Sequence record: PV796108.1
DNA length: 64,000 nt
Strand: one strand, 5' to 3'
Part shown: in pieces, positions 46,629-55,905 of the stretch
Layout: the number at the start of each line of letters is the position of its first letter
Numbering within the stretch: position 1 is the stretch's first letter
Translations under genes and position numbers: made by a program
The notes under the pieces: generated by a model
What the model was told of the DNA's origin: nothing
Database searches by the model: none
Seen by the model: the letters and a program-made list of their open reading frames with translations, nothing else

Positions 46629-46907
46629 TTGGTTAAATTCCCTTTAGGTCAAACAGTTATGACACAAGGTGTTAACATGCTTATGGAAGAAGGTAGTATT
46701 GAAAGAACAGATGTAAACAAGATGTTTATAAGCCATGCAACAGGTGAGTGGGGAGAACTTACCAAAGCAGATGCGAAGATGAATGAGAAAGCTATTGAAG
46801 ATGGTGACCGCATTCTATCTAAATATACAAAGAATGGTTATGAGTTCTATGTAATTACAGAAGCAGACCGTTCCGTAACAACAGTGTTACTTACAGATGA
46901 ATATTAA
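46629..46907 (+). CDS. conserved mobile-element hypothetical protein
   Basis: FPLGQ.V.T, H..GEWG, ITEADRSVTTVLL.DEY pattern common in plasmids and phages. Confidence 0.75.
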   Translation: MVKFPLGQTVMTQGVNMLMEEGSIERTDVNKMFISHATGEWGELTKADAKMNEKAIEDGDRILSKYTKNGYEFYVITEADRSVTTVLLTDEY

Positions 46908-46964
46908 TGGTTGAGTTTTACTTTCATCTAAAGTAACATATTGGTAAGAAAGGGAGAGGGGAAT

Positions 46965-47180
46965 ATGAAATACATAAGGCAATTATATGCACTCTTTGCT
47001 GGGGCAATAGCCATTGGCATCTTACTGCTCTTCGCATATATCCTTTCATTTTTTGAACATGGATATGTCGTTATTTACGTAATCATTGGTGCATTATGTT
47101 GTTTATTAATAGGCAATATGGCTTTAGATATTGCTGAAGATATAAAAAAGGCAAGGCAAAAAAGGAGAGAAGCGAAATGA
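46965..47180 (+). CDS. small membrane protein
   Basis: two TM segments, RBS GGGAGAGG. Confidence 0.65.
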   Translation: MKYIRQLYALFAGAIAIGILLLFAYILSFFEHGYVVIYVIIGALCCLLIGNMALDIAEDIKKARQKRREAK

Positions 47181-47485
47181 ATAAACGTATCTTTAGAAAG
47201 AAAACAAAATGGGAAGAACCACAATGTCCAATCTGTCATGGTGAAATTGATTTTGTGCAAGATAATCCTGATGTAACATCTGCATGTATTAAATGTAAGA
47301 ATGTAACATATGGTCATCCAACTGATGAAACTATGGTAATTACAATTAATGGTCGTCCATATCTTATTGACGATAACTTAGATGAAAAATCATGGAGAGT
47401 AGAAGTCAGCAAGTATGAAAAAGTAGTAAATCAATTACGTAAGTTTTATCAACGTAGTGGAGGGATTCGCCGTGTACGTTCCTGA
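47177..47485 (+). CDS. Zn-ribbon protein
   Basis: CPIC and CIKC motifs. Confidence 0.65.
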   Translation: MNKRIFRKKTKWEEPQCPICHGEIDFVQDNPDVTSACIKCKNVTYGHPTDETMVITINGRPYLIDDNLDEKSWRVEVSKYEKVVNQLRKFYQRSGGIRRVRS

Positions 47486-47993
47486 TATTTGGGTAACAAG
47501 TGATACCCACCACGGTCATAAAAACATTTTGAAGTTTGAACCAAGCCGTAAGTGGGACAACACAGATGATATGGATGAAGCACTGATTCAGCGTTGGAAC
47601 TCTAAAGTTAAAAAGAATGACATCATCTTTCATGTAGGTGATGTTTTCTTATGTGGAGCAAAACGTGCTGAGTATATTGCTAGCCGTTTACATGGTCGCA
47701 AGATATTAATCTTAGGTAACCATGATAGCTTCAGTAAAAAGAAGTACAGAGATATGGGATTTGATGTTCATAACTATTATTTCTATGAAGACTTTCTATT
47801 AAGCCATTATCCACAGGATGATAGATTGCTATTACAAGCACAGCAGTATGGATTACGTGGCAACATTTGTGGTCATGTACATTCCAACATCGAAGGATTA
47901 AATCCCGATGTTCATTTTTGTGCTTGTGTAGAGAATCATGATTTCTATCCTGTTCATATAGATACAATCAAACAAAGTTTCAAGGGGGAGTAA
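47457..47993 (+). CDS. calcineurin-like metallophosphoesterase
   Basis: SDTHHGH, HVGD, LGNHD, SHYP, GHVH; start may be GTG near 47474. Confidence 0.9.
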   Translation: MEGFAVYVPDIWVTSDTHHGHKNILKFEPSRKWDNTDDMDEALIQRWNSKVKKNDIIFHVGDVFLCGAKRAEYIASRLHGRKILILGNHDSFSKKKYRDMGFDVHNYYFYEDFLLSHYPQDDRLLLQAQQYGLRGNICGHVHSNIEGLNPDVHFCACVENHDFYPVHIDTIKQSFKGE

Positions 47994-47996
47994 GTT

Positions 47997-48329
47997 ATGT
48001 CTGATGAGAAACAAACCTCAGGTGTAGGTTGTATGTACACTGTACTAGCGACCTTATTGATTCCTGTTGCCATGATGACAAATGGCTTGGCTTTAATGTG
48101 GGCATGGAATTGGTTAGCTGTTCCAACTTTTGATGTGCCAACACTTAGTTATTTACAAGCAGTTATTATCAACTTCTTATTATTGTTTGTTCGTAAAGGA
48201 ACACCATCGAACAACAAAATGGAAACGGACGAAGATCTTGTTCGTTCCTTCAAACAAATATTAGGGAAGGTATTCTTAGTACCAATCTTTAATATTGTTC
48301 TTGCACTTGTTTTAAAATTATTTATTTAA
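47997..48329 (+). CDS. membrane protein
   Basis: multiple hydrophobic segments. Confidence 0.7.
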   Translation: MSDEKQTSGVGCMYTVLATLLIPVAMMTNGLALMWAWNWLAVPTFDVPTLSYLQAVIINFLLLFVRKGTPSNNKMETDEDLVRSFKQILGKVFLVPIFNIVLALVLKLFI

Positions 48330-48349
48330 TTAAAAAGGGGATATGTAAA

Positions 48350-48598
48350 ATGGCAATCGAAGTAATCAAGTATTCAAAACCAAATTGTGGACCATGTATA
48401 TTAGTAGGAAACTTCTTGGAAGAACATGATGTAAAGCATGTAGAGAAAGATATCTATGAGCACACAGAAGAGTATCAAAAGCTAGGAGTATTCGGTTCTC
48501 CAATCACTGTAGCTTATAAAGACGGAGAGCAAGTATTCTTATCTGCTGGTTTTAAAGAAAATGAGTTAGAGAAACTTGTAGTTTTAGTAAACGAATAG
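48350..48598 (+). CDS. nrdH: NrdH/glutaredoxin-like redoxin
   Basis: YSKPNCGPC active site, P in GSPIT, 82 aa. Confidence 0.8.
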   Translation: MAIEVIKYSKPNCGPCILVGNFLEEHDVKHVEKDIYEHTEEYQKLGVFGSPITVAYKDGEQVFLSAGFKENELEKLVVLVNE

Positions 48599-48611
48599 GG
48601 GGTCATGTGAC

Positions 48612-49298
48612 ATGACAGTATTGGCGATACTTTTCATCATAACAGTATTTGCTTGTCTTTACTTAATGGTTGGTGGCTTATCAAAAGATCAAAAAGTAAG
48701 AGAAGTAAAAAACAAGCTTCGTCGAATTGAATCGGAGCATGAAAAAGAAATCAAAGATTTAAAAACAAAGCATGACAAAGAAATTGATAAACGTAACGAG
48801 ATTATAGATGAAGTCATGGCAAGAGCTGCTGACAAGATTCGTAGTCTTGGTGCAATTGTTGATAAAAAACAAGGCAGAGGTTCTGCTCATGAAATCGTGA
48901 CAGAACGCATTCATTTCAGCGAGAATCGTGAAGATATTTCATATCGAGTTATGTATGATGCATTCGCAAAACAACTGGATAAGAAACCTGAACAACCAAA
49001 ACCAGTTCAAATGAAGAAACATGTAACATCATTTGGTGGCTGGAGTGGTGGAGGCGGTTCTTCATCATCTTCATCAAGTTCTAGCTCAAGCTCCAGACGT
49101 TCTGGAAGTAGTTCATCTTCTCGTTCTTCTAGCTCAAGCAGTTATGATTACAGTTCACCATCTTATTCTTCATATGATAGTGACAGTAGTTCTTCTTATA
49201 GCTCAGGTGGTAGCTGTAGTTCTAGCTCAAGTTCAAGTAGCTATGATTCAAGTTCTAGTTCAAGTGATTCATCAGGAGGCTACGGTGGCTGCGATTGA
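48612..49298 (+). CDS. membrane-anchored coiled-coil protein with Ser-rich tail
   Basis: N-terminal TM; about 85 aa S/G/Y/D tail ending GGYGGCD. Confidence 0.8.
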   Translation: MTVLAILFIITVFACLYLMVGGLSKDQKVREVKNKLRRIESEHEKEIKDLKTKHDKEIDKRNEIIDEVMARAADKIRSLGAIVDKKQGRGSAHEIVTERIHFSENREDISYRVMYDAFAKQLDKKPEQPKPVQMKKHVTSFGGWSGGGGSSSSSSSSSSSSRRSGSSSSSRSSSSSSYDYSSPSYSSYDSDSSSSYSSGGSCSSSSSSSSYDSSSSSSDSSGGYGGCD

Positions 49299-49353
49299 TA
49301 GGGGGTATCTTACCCCCTCCCAGCTTTACCGTCATCCAAGAGATACTATCACG

Positions 49354-49557
49354 ATGCGTGACTATGCAGATAATATCCAACCTTTAATAGTTGATTATGC
49401 ATATGACTCATATGATAAGATTCTGACTGAAGAGATGAAAAAATATATGGAACAACTCCACAAACAACTATATAGCAGTATTATGGATGGGTATAGTGAC
49501 AATCCTTCTAATAAGAAAACTGTTAAACGTATGAAACAGGAGGTTGAGGTTTCATGA
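49354..49557 (+). CDS. hypothetical protein, C-terminal tag, possible tail-tube-like fragment
   Basis: starts RDYADNIQPL; ends SNKKTVKRMKQEVEVS; start uncertain. Confidence 0.55.
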   Translation: MRDYADNIQPLIVDYAYDSYDKILTEEMKKYMEQLHKQLYSSIMDGYSDNPSNKKTVKRMKQEVEVS

Positions 49558-50054
49558 CGACATTTAGAGGTGCTGATATTATTGCTACATTTAATGACCA
49601 AGTAATTGGGGCATTAAACGAAATGGATTTTTCAGTATCCAGAGAAGATAGTTCTATTTATACTATAGGTGCTGCACCTGGGCATCATTCTTTTTCAAGA
49701 GGAATGACATTAGATAGAGTTGTACATGAAGATGCACGAGAAGATATTAGAAGGCAACTTGCAGAGAGTTATGGAGTAGATAATGATATTCCTTTTTATC
49801 AGTGGGCAAGAGCAACACGATTATCTATGCGTCATGGTAGAAGAGGATATCCTGATATCAGTCTACAAGTAGACAGTATTGATTATAGTATCATGTACCC
49901 TGCTACTTTCAGTGTTGTTAAAAGTAAAGCACAGGATTTTAAAAGATTTATTCGTCCAATTGAAATGGATGAAAGTAAGTTCAAATATGTTGATACTAGT
50001 AACTCCGTTAGAAGCTGGAAGCTTAATCGAGAGGAGGAAGTTTATTATGACTAG
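49554..50054 (+). CDS. tail-tube N-terminus-like fragment, C-terminal tag
   Basis: TFRGADIIATFNDQVIGAL..M.FSVSRE...IYTIG...SFSRG; ends SNSVRSWKLNREEEVYYD. Confidence 0.5.
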   Translation: MTTFRGADIIATFNDQVIGALNEMDFSVSREDSSIYTIGAAPGHHSFSRGMTLDRVVHEDAREDIRRQLAESYGVDNDIPFYQWARATRLSMRHGRRGYPDISLQVDSIDYSIMYPATFSVVKSKAQDFKRFIRPIEMDESKFKYVDTSNSVRSWKLNREEEVYYD

Positions 50055-50358
50055 CGATTATGCGAAACTTTCAAACTCAAGAATAACTGAAGAAGCAGTT
50101 AGGTTAATACGAGAAGCTTGTGCTCCATATACTGGACAACCAATTAATCAAAACAAACGAAGCATGGCAGATGCTATGGCTCGTTCACTACAAAAATTCT
50201 TTACAGATGATTGGAAAGTAGAAGTTGCTGAAGATGGCATGGGGACATTTACATATTTGAAACCCATTACGGTAACAACAGCAACGATTGATATGCGACA
50301 TGTTCTTAACAACAACTTCTTTGTAGATAAAATGAAAGAAGAAACTGCATATGATTAA
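50047..50358 (+). CDS. tail-sheath C-terminal-domain-like fragment, C-terminal tag
   Basis: SDYAKLSNSRITEEAVRLIREACAPYTGQP; ends NNNFFVDKMKEETAYD. Confidence 0.5.
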   Translation: MTSDYAKLSNSRITEEAVRLIREACAPYTGQPINQNKRSMADAMARSLQKFFTDDWKVEVAEDGMGTFTYLKPITVTTATIDMRHVLNNNFFVDKMKEETAYD

Positions 50359-50656
50359 TTACTCAGATATGATTAATCGAGAAATGCAAACAATCTCAGC
50401 AACGTTTGAAAGCCGAGAAGATAGAGAACAAACTGTTCAATATATGAATCAACTCATTAGAAGTAAATTATCTAGTATGAAAGAAGGAACAATCGTAAAT
50501 GGTATCAAGTGTGAGCAAGGTAATGATGGGAGATTTAAATTAAATATAAATTTCTATGTACCAGCTCCATTAGATAAAATCAATGTAAAGATTGGTACTC
50601 CTAATACGAATCAATTTAATGTAAATACATTGAAGCACGAAGCCTCTTGCGATTAA
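50351..50656 (+). CDS. possible sheath C-terminal-like fragment, C-terminal tag
   Basis: helix-helix then FKLNINFYVPAPLDKINVKI; ends TNQFNVNTLKHEASCD. Confidence 0.45.
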   Translation: MINYSDMINREMQTISATFESREDREQTVQYMNQLIRSKLSSMKEGTIVNGIKCEQGNDGRFKLNINFYVPAPLDKINVKIGTPNTNQFNVNTLKHEASCD

Positions 50657-50690
50657 GTAAGGGGCTTTTTTTATGAAAGGAGGTGAGTTA

Positions 50691-50816
50691 ATGACGTGCT
50701 CTCAATGTGATGGTAAAGGAGCAGTTCCTATAGACATGACTATACATACTAGTGTATATAAAGTATGTGGGAAATGTGATGGTACTGGAAAGGAGGAGAG
50801 GGATGGCAATTGCTAA
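50691..50816 (+). CDS. DnaJ-type Zn-finger micro-protein (41 aa)
   Basis: CSQCDGKG and CGKCDGTG; RBS AAAGGAGG; not in track. Confidence 0.6.
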   Translation: MTCSQCDGKGAVPIDMTIHTSVYKVCGKCDGTGKEERDGNC

Positions 50817-51312
50817 AGAGATAGAAACTGGAATGATCTTGGGGAAATTTATAGACGAAAAAGGTCTCGTGAATTATAAACGTGACCCTGAAACTCGTGA
50901 ATATATCTTAGATGAGAATGGCGAGCATGTAATTGTATGTACGCCATATTATTATCAAGTATATTTACATTCACGTCGTGAAAGAACTACGGGTGTTTAT
51001 GTTCCAAGGACACTTGCTCCATATCTACGTAAGTTGAATATTAAATTTACTGGAAGAAAAGCAAATCACCGTGGTTTAGGTGTAGTCGAATATGCGGTTG
51101 GATGTAGGTTAAAAAGGATTTCGAAAACAGAATATGATGGTACAAATATTCATGGAGCTGCTAAAGCTTATTATGAACACATGAATAACGAGGACGTACA
51201 TATTAAAATGGCAATCGAAGAAAATAGTCCTTATTTAGAACCTATCAGAAGTAGTATGCTAGCATTAGTAGGGGTAAAAGAGGATGAAAATTTATCCTCT
51301 TGTTACTCTTAA
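50803..51312 (+). CDS. hypothetical protein
   Basis: RBS GGAGGAG before ATG 50803. Confidence 0.75.
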   Translation: MAIAKEIETGMILGKFIDEKGLVNYKRDPETREYILDENGEHVIVCTPYYYQVYLHSRRERTTGVYVPRTLAPYLRKLNIKFTGRKANHRGLGVVEYAVGCRLKRISKTEYDGTNIHGAAKAYYEHMNNEDVHIKMAIEENSPYLEPIRSSMLALVGVKEDENLSSCYS

Positions 51313-51420
51313 ATAGCTAGTGTTTTCAATTGAGTTTTATATTAAACTATGAGAAAATGGAAATACAAGATTGTTTTTCCATCTCAGATAAATTACACAG
51401 ATGAAAGGAAGTTTTATATT

Positions 51421-51963
51421 ATGGCAATTTCAACAACAACAATCGTGGGGCGTTTAACAAAAGACCCAGAATTAGAAATGAAACAAATCAATGGAGACAG
51501 TGTAGCCTTTACTAAATTTACTGTAGCAGTAGATGAGTACAATAGTGATGCTGACTTCTACAATGTAGTAGCATGGAGAAAACAAGCGGAGAACGCAGCG
51601 AAGTTCCTTGCGAAAGGTAGAGAAGTAGCTGTAACTGGTCGCATGAAAATGAAAAGCTACACGAAAAATGTGAATGGACAAGAGGTATACATCCCAGCTC
51701 CAGAATTACGTGCAGCAGACATTCAGTTCCTTGGTGGACGTCAAGAGAATTCTCAAGGCGGAAATGCTAATGGACAACAACAACGCCAACAACGTCCAGC
51801 TAATCAAGGCAACCGTGGTGGTCAACAAAGCAACTACCGTGGAAACCAAGGACAAAACTCTGGTTATAGCAATCAGAATCAAAACACAGGCCCAGTACCA
51901 GGTCAAAACAATACTGGTGGCGGAAGCCCTTGGGGAATGAGTGACGACGACCTACCGTTCTAA
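51421..51963 (+). CDS. ssb: single-stranded DNA-binding protein
   Basis: IVGRLTKDPEL, DFYNVVAWRKQAE, KGREVAVTGR, Q/G-rich linker, DDDLPF tail. Confidence 0.95.
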   Translation: MAISTTTIVGRLTKDPELEMKQINGDSVAFTKFTVAVDEYNSDADFYNVVAWRKQAENAAKFLAKGREVAVTGRMKMKSYTKNVNGQEVYIPAPELRAADIQFLGGRQENSQGGNANGQQQRQQRPANQGNRGGQQSNYRGNQGQNSGYSNQNQNTGPVPGQNNTGGGSPWGMSDDDLPF

Positions 51964-52001
51964 GGTAGGTTTTCACCCCTTAGGGGGAAGGGAGATTTAG
52001 A

Positions 52002-52328
52002 ATGAGTGAACAACGTAGAACTAGAAAAGAATTACGCACAGGGCTGTATCAGTTCTTAATGATGATGTATACATCGTATTTAGAATCACAGTCACAAGAA
52101 GATGCAAAGTCATTTGTACAACAGGAATTGCAACATCAATATCGCTTATTCTTTAGTGAAGACATTGATGATGAAATTCTTTTTCTTTTGCTTGAAGAAA
52201 GAGTTGCGGCTATTAAAGATAAATTAATAGAAGCAAGACAGAGCAAAGAAGAGGATTTAATCCTTCATTACACAGAACAAATAGAAGATATGAAGAAAGT
52301 AATGTCATCAATCAAAAAGGGGAAATGA
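52002..52328 (+). CDS. hypothetical helical protein
   Basis: RBS AAGGGAG. Confidence 0.7.
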   Translation: MSEQRRTRKELRTGLYQFLMMMYTSYLESQSQEDAKSFVQQELQHQYRLFFSEDIDDEILFLLLEERVAAIKDKLIEARQSKEEDLILHYTEQIEDMKKVMSSIKKGK

Positions 52329-53407
52329 GAATGTCAGAATTAGATAAAGCCATGGCAGCCATTAACAAAAAATTAGGTAGAACAGTAGTAACACGTTTAA
52401 CAGAGGACTTTGTACCTCATGTAAATGTATTTAACACTGGTTCGCTAACACTGGATTTAGCAATAGGTCGTGGGGGATTCCCTCGTGGTCGTATCATTGA
52501 AATATTCGGTGAGGAGTCATCAGGTAAAACGACTCTTTGTTTATTGGCAATTGCTGAGATGCAAAAGCTGAATGAGGGAGCATGTGTATTCGTAGACTAT
52601 GAACATACATTTGATGCTCAGTTAGCAACTGCATATGGTGTAGATGTAGAGAAGTTAATTTACATCGACCCAAAAACAGCAGAAGAAGGTATTGATGTTA
52701 CTGAAGCATTAGTACGTACTGGTGAAGTTAGACTTGTTGTAAAGGATAGTGTATCCGCAATGGTACCAGCTAAGATTGCTGAATCATCTATTGAACAACA
52801 AACAATGGGCTTGCTTGCTCGATTCATGAGTACAGTATGTCAGAAACTTACTGGTCCAGCTTATGCAAATGATTGCTCTATTATCTTCATCAACCAAGTA
52901 CGTGAAAAGATTGGTGGTTTCTCTCCAGTTCCTGGTCAAGCAGCGCTTACTACTTCTGGTGGACGAGCATTACCATTCTATTCAACTGTACGTCTTCACA
53001 TCAAACGCAAAGACCGTTTAAAAGCACCAGACGGAACTCCAATTGGTCAAAAGATTCTTGCTCGTGTTATTAAGAATAAGATTGGTGTTCCAAATAAAGA
53101 GGCATTATTTGATTTATACTACAATGTTGGTGTGGATAAAGTTGATGAGATTGCTCAGATTGCAAAATTAGCAGGTATCATCAAGCAAGGTGGAGCATGG
53201 CTTCGCTTTGAAGAAGAGAACGGTGAGATTCGAAACATTGATGGAGTAGAATATCGTTGGCAAGGTAATGCGAAGTATCTTGAGTTCTTACAAAACAATC
53301 CTATGTTCGTAATGGAACTGGAAGATCGTATTCGTGGTCGTGAAGTAGAAGCTCCTGAAGCTCGTATTGAAGATGGAGAAGGACAAGCAACTGAAGATGG
53401 ATACTAA
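52325..53407 (+). CDS. recA: recombinase RecA
   Basis: GEESSGKTT, DYEH, DSVSAMVP, FINQVREKIG, GGRALPFYS; no intron or intein. Confidence 0.96.
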   Translation: MRMSELDKAMAAINKKLGRTVVTRLTEDFVPHVNVFNTGSLTLDLAIGRGGFPRGRIIEIFGEESSGKTTLCLLAIAEMQKLNEGACVFVDYEHTFDAQLATAYGVDVEKLIYIDPKTAEEGIDVTEALVRTGEVRLVVKDSVSAMVPAKIAESSIEQQTMGLLARFMSTVCQKLTGPAYANDCSIIFINQVREKIGGFSPVPGQAALTTSGGRALPFYSTVRLHIKRKDRLKAPDGTPIGQKILARVIKNKIGVPNKEALFDLYYNVGVDKVDEIAQIAKLAGIIKQGGAWLRFEEENGEIRNIDGVEYRWQGNAKYLEFLQNNPMFVMELEDRIRGREVEAPEARIEDGEGQATEDGY

Positions 53408-53454
53408 GAATTAGGCGGGAAACCGCCTTTTCTTTTTATTAAAGGAGCGATACT

Positions 53455-54165
53455 ATGGAACAAGTAAAACAATTAATTAAAGATGCAAAGAAGATTACAT
53501 TCTTAACTGGTGCTGGTATGAGTACAGCAAGTGGAATTCCAGACTTCCGTTCCAGTAAAGGATTAAAAGGAAAGAATATTCCCTTTGAAAAACTATTAAG
53601 TCTTCCATACTTTAAACAGAACCGTGTTGAGTTCTGGGAAAACTTATATGAAATCTTACAACTAGATTCATTACATACAAAAGAACCAAATGCAGGTCAC
53701 AAATGGATTGCTGATTTGCAAAAGGAGAAAAAGATTTGGGTAGCAACGCAAAACATTGATGCTCTTCACCAAAGAGCTGGAAGTGAAAATGTAATTGAAG
53801 TACATGGCAACTTAATTAGTGGTCATTGTACAGAATGTAATGGCGTATTCCCAATTGATTACTCAGGTAAAGAAAGACCAAAGTGTCCAATAGATGGAAT
53901 GATATTGAAACCAGATATCGTTTTATATGGTGAAGATGTAAAAGATATGCATGATGCTATTACTCATGTTGTTACATCTGATGTAGTCATTGCTATGGGT
54001 ACAAGCCTTCAAGTATTTCCATTTAACTCATTAGTAGATAATGCGGCAATGAGTCCAACAACTACAACTATCTTAGTCAATGAATCTGAAACTGAAAAAG
54101 ATAGATTGTTTGACCATAAGTTAAACATGAACATTGTAGACTTCGTAAAGGAAGTGACTCAGTAA
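53455..54165 (+). CDS. cobB: Sir2/CobB NAD-dependent deacylase
   Basis: GAGMSTASGIPDFRS, TQNIDALH, EVHG, KPDIVLYGE, GTSLQVFP. Confidence 0.93.
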   Translation: MEQVKQLIKDAKKITFLTGAGMSTASGIPDFRSSKGLKGKNIPFEKLLSLPYFKQNRVEFWENLYEILQLDSLHTKEPNAGHKWIADLQKEKKIWVATQNIDALHQRAGSENVIEVHGNLISGHCTECNGVFPIDYSGKERPKCPIDGMILKPDIVLYGEDVKDMHDAITHVVTSDVVIAMGTSLQVFPFNSLVDNAAMSPTTTTILVNESETEKDRLFDHKLNMNIVDFVKEVTQ

Positions 54166-54389
54166 TGACTCGTGAATATAAAAGGCTTGGACAAGATGGT
54201 TGGGAAGATGTACACATTTCAACATTAGAACCAGGTGATGTTATTTGTATTTATGATAACAATGAGCGTCATGTAGATTTTAGAGGTAATAATGTATGGA
54301 CTGTCCAACAAAAACCATACCAAGACAAAGACAGTAAGCTGTACTATGTGGAGGTGTTAGAAGACTATGGAGATTCTGTACTCGTATAA
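54165..54389 (+). CDS. hypothetical protein
   Basis: TAATG coupling, LEPGDVI. Confidence 0.65.
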   Translation: MTREYKRLGQDGWEDVHISTLEPGDVICIYDNNERHVDFRGNNVWTVQQKPYQDKDSKLYYVEVLEDYGDSVLV

Positions 54390-54669
54390 CTCAAGTTCTA
54401 AGTGGGGTGCGTTTGGTGTAGCTCTTTTTATTGCTTTCATTCTTTTCTTACTTGCTTATGCAAAAGGAGTAGAAGAGAAAAAAATTAAATCAGCTATTAC
54501 CATTTCATTAGTAGGTGTAATAGCCATAGGAGCATCTGTTTATATTGCAATGAGTGCTCCAAGGAAAGTAATGAAAGTAACAGTTAAAGATGGACAGACT
54601 TTGGATTTATTGAAATATGAATTACTTGACCAAGAAGGAAAAATCTACACCATTATAGAAAGGAAGTAA
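54367..54669 (+). CDS. membrane protein, paralog of 15144/15488
   Basis: two TM segments then LDLLKYELLDQEGKIYTIIE. Confidence 0.7.
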   Translation: MEILYSYNSSSKWGAFGVALFIAFILFLLAYAKGVEEKKIKSAITISLVGVIAIGASVYIAMSAPRKVMKVTVKDGQTLDLLKYELLDQEGKIYTIIERK

Positions 54670-54673
54670 GGAA

Positions 54674-55078
54674 ATGAGAAAGTATCATCTTCTAGATAAG
54701 AAAAAAGAAGCTGTATTCATTGTAAACGTAAAAGAATATGCAAATCATTATGTTCGATTTCAAGTAGATGAAGTATATTCTTGGTCTTTAAGTGGCGAAG
54801 TATATGAGTCAGAACATTATCTTGAAGGTTCTATTAAATGGGATACGTGCTGTCATTTTTACTTTGGTGAACAAGACAATGCAGGTTACATTCATATGTG
54901 TGGTATGCAATCGTTTAACAATCATATCGCATTATTAAAAGCATTGAATGAGTTGGCTTTCAGTTTAATGGACCGAGAAGATGACAACATGGAACCATGG
55001 GAAATGGAGATTCCTGAGAAGTATTTATTCTCAATCAAAGAAATAAATGTAGAAGAGGATGACGATGATATACGCTAA
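54674..55078 (+). CDS. hypothetical protein
   Basis: 134 aa. Confidence 0.7.
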   Translation: MRKYHLLDKKKEAVFIVNVKEYANHYVRFQVDEVYSWSLSGEVYESEHYLEGSIKWDTCCHFYFGEQDNAGYIHMCGMQSFNNHIALLKALNELAFSLMDREDDNMEPWEMEIPEKYLFSIKEINVEEDDDDIR

Positions 55079-55895
55079 AGATTTTCATGGAACAACAGAT
55101 GATGAAAGAATTCAATCTGCGATTCTTGCAGCGAATCAAAGTAAAACCTCTAAGACTGTACAACTAGAAGATAAAGATTATTACATTGAATCTAAAATTC
55201 ATGTAATGGAAGATGTAGAATTATTGTTTGGATATGGTTCACGATTCGTTGCCGTAAAAGATACACCTCTTATGGAAGTGCAAAGGAACGCATCTGTTAC
55301 CAATCCATACATTGCTATTGATACAGCAGACTTTGATTCACCTATCTTCTTATTAGATGGTAAGCATAGGTATTACAATAGCTGGAATCGAACAGCTATT
55401 AAAGATGGTGTCATCGTAAACTGGTCAGGTTCTAATAAAGGAACAGCTTTTAAGTTTTATGCTGGTGGTAAAGATCATGAGATTTCATTTGTAAATGTAT
55501 CTAACATAAAGATTGCTGGTTTAAAACGAGGCATTGATTTAGAAGTTGAGAAACCAGAAGAAGGCATGGCATGGGTAAATGCTAATCGCTTTAGTGGAAT
55601 CACAATTGAGGATTGCATTGAAATGATTGTGATGAATGGGACTGAAACCATTCCATCTGAATGTAGTGGTAATATCTTTACTGGATTACAACTACAACCT
55701 TCTAGCATGACAGAAAAAGTTTTAAAAGTATGTGGGCAACACAATCGTTTTGATGGTATGATTTGGGATGTACATATGATTCCTACAGAGAATTATGTAG
55801 AGCTTACAGAACAAAGCGCACATACCAAATTAGACATTAGTGCATTGCCAGAACGTGCTGTAAGAGATTTAGGGAAATATACTGCTATGGTATAG
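55059..55895 (+). CDS. pectate-lyase-like right-handed beta-helix protein
   Basis: DFHGTTDDERIQSAILAA start, repeated beta-helix strands. Confidence 0.65.
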   Translation: MTMIYAKDFHGTTDDERIQSAILAANQSKTSKTVQLEDKDYYIESKIHVMEDVELLFGYGSRFVAVKDTPLMEVQRNASVTNPYIAIDTADFDSPIFLLDGKHRYYNSWNRTAIKDGVIVNWSGSNKGTAFKFYAGGKDHEISFVNVSNIKIAGLKRGIDLEVEKPEEGMAWVNANRFSGITIEDCIEMIVMNGTETIPSECSGNIFTGLQLQPSSMTEKVLKVCGQHNRFDGMIWDVHMIPTENYVELTEQSAHTKLDISALPERAVRDLGKYTAMV

Positions 55896-55905
55896 GAGGT
55901 TCTAT

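Noticed and set aside
49033-49353. N-terminal half of track ORF 49033-49557
   Set aside because: Alternate-frame shadow of the Ser-rich repeat (V/L/Q-rich); real start is probably near 49354
49554-50358. Functional tail morphogenesis operon
   Set aside because: The ORFs are far shorter than real tube or sheath proteins, and no baseplate, tape-measure or head genes are nearby
42875-53407. Introns or inteins in nrdE, nrdF or recA
   Set aside because: All are uninterrupted and of normal length
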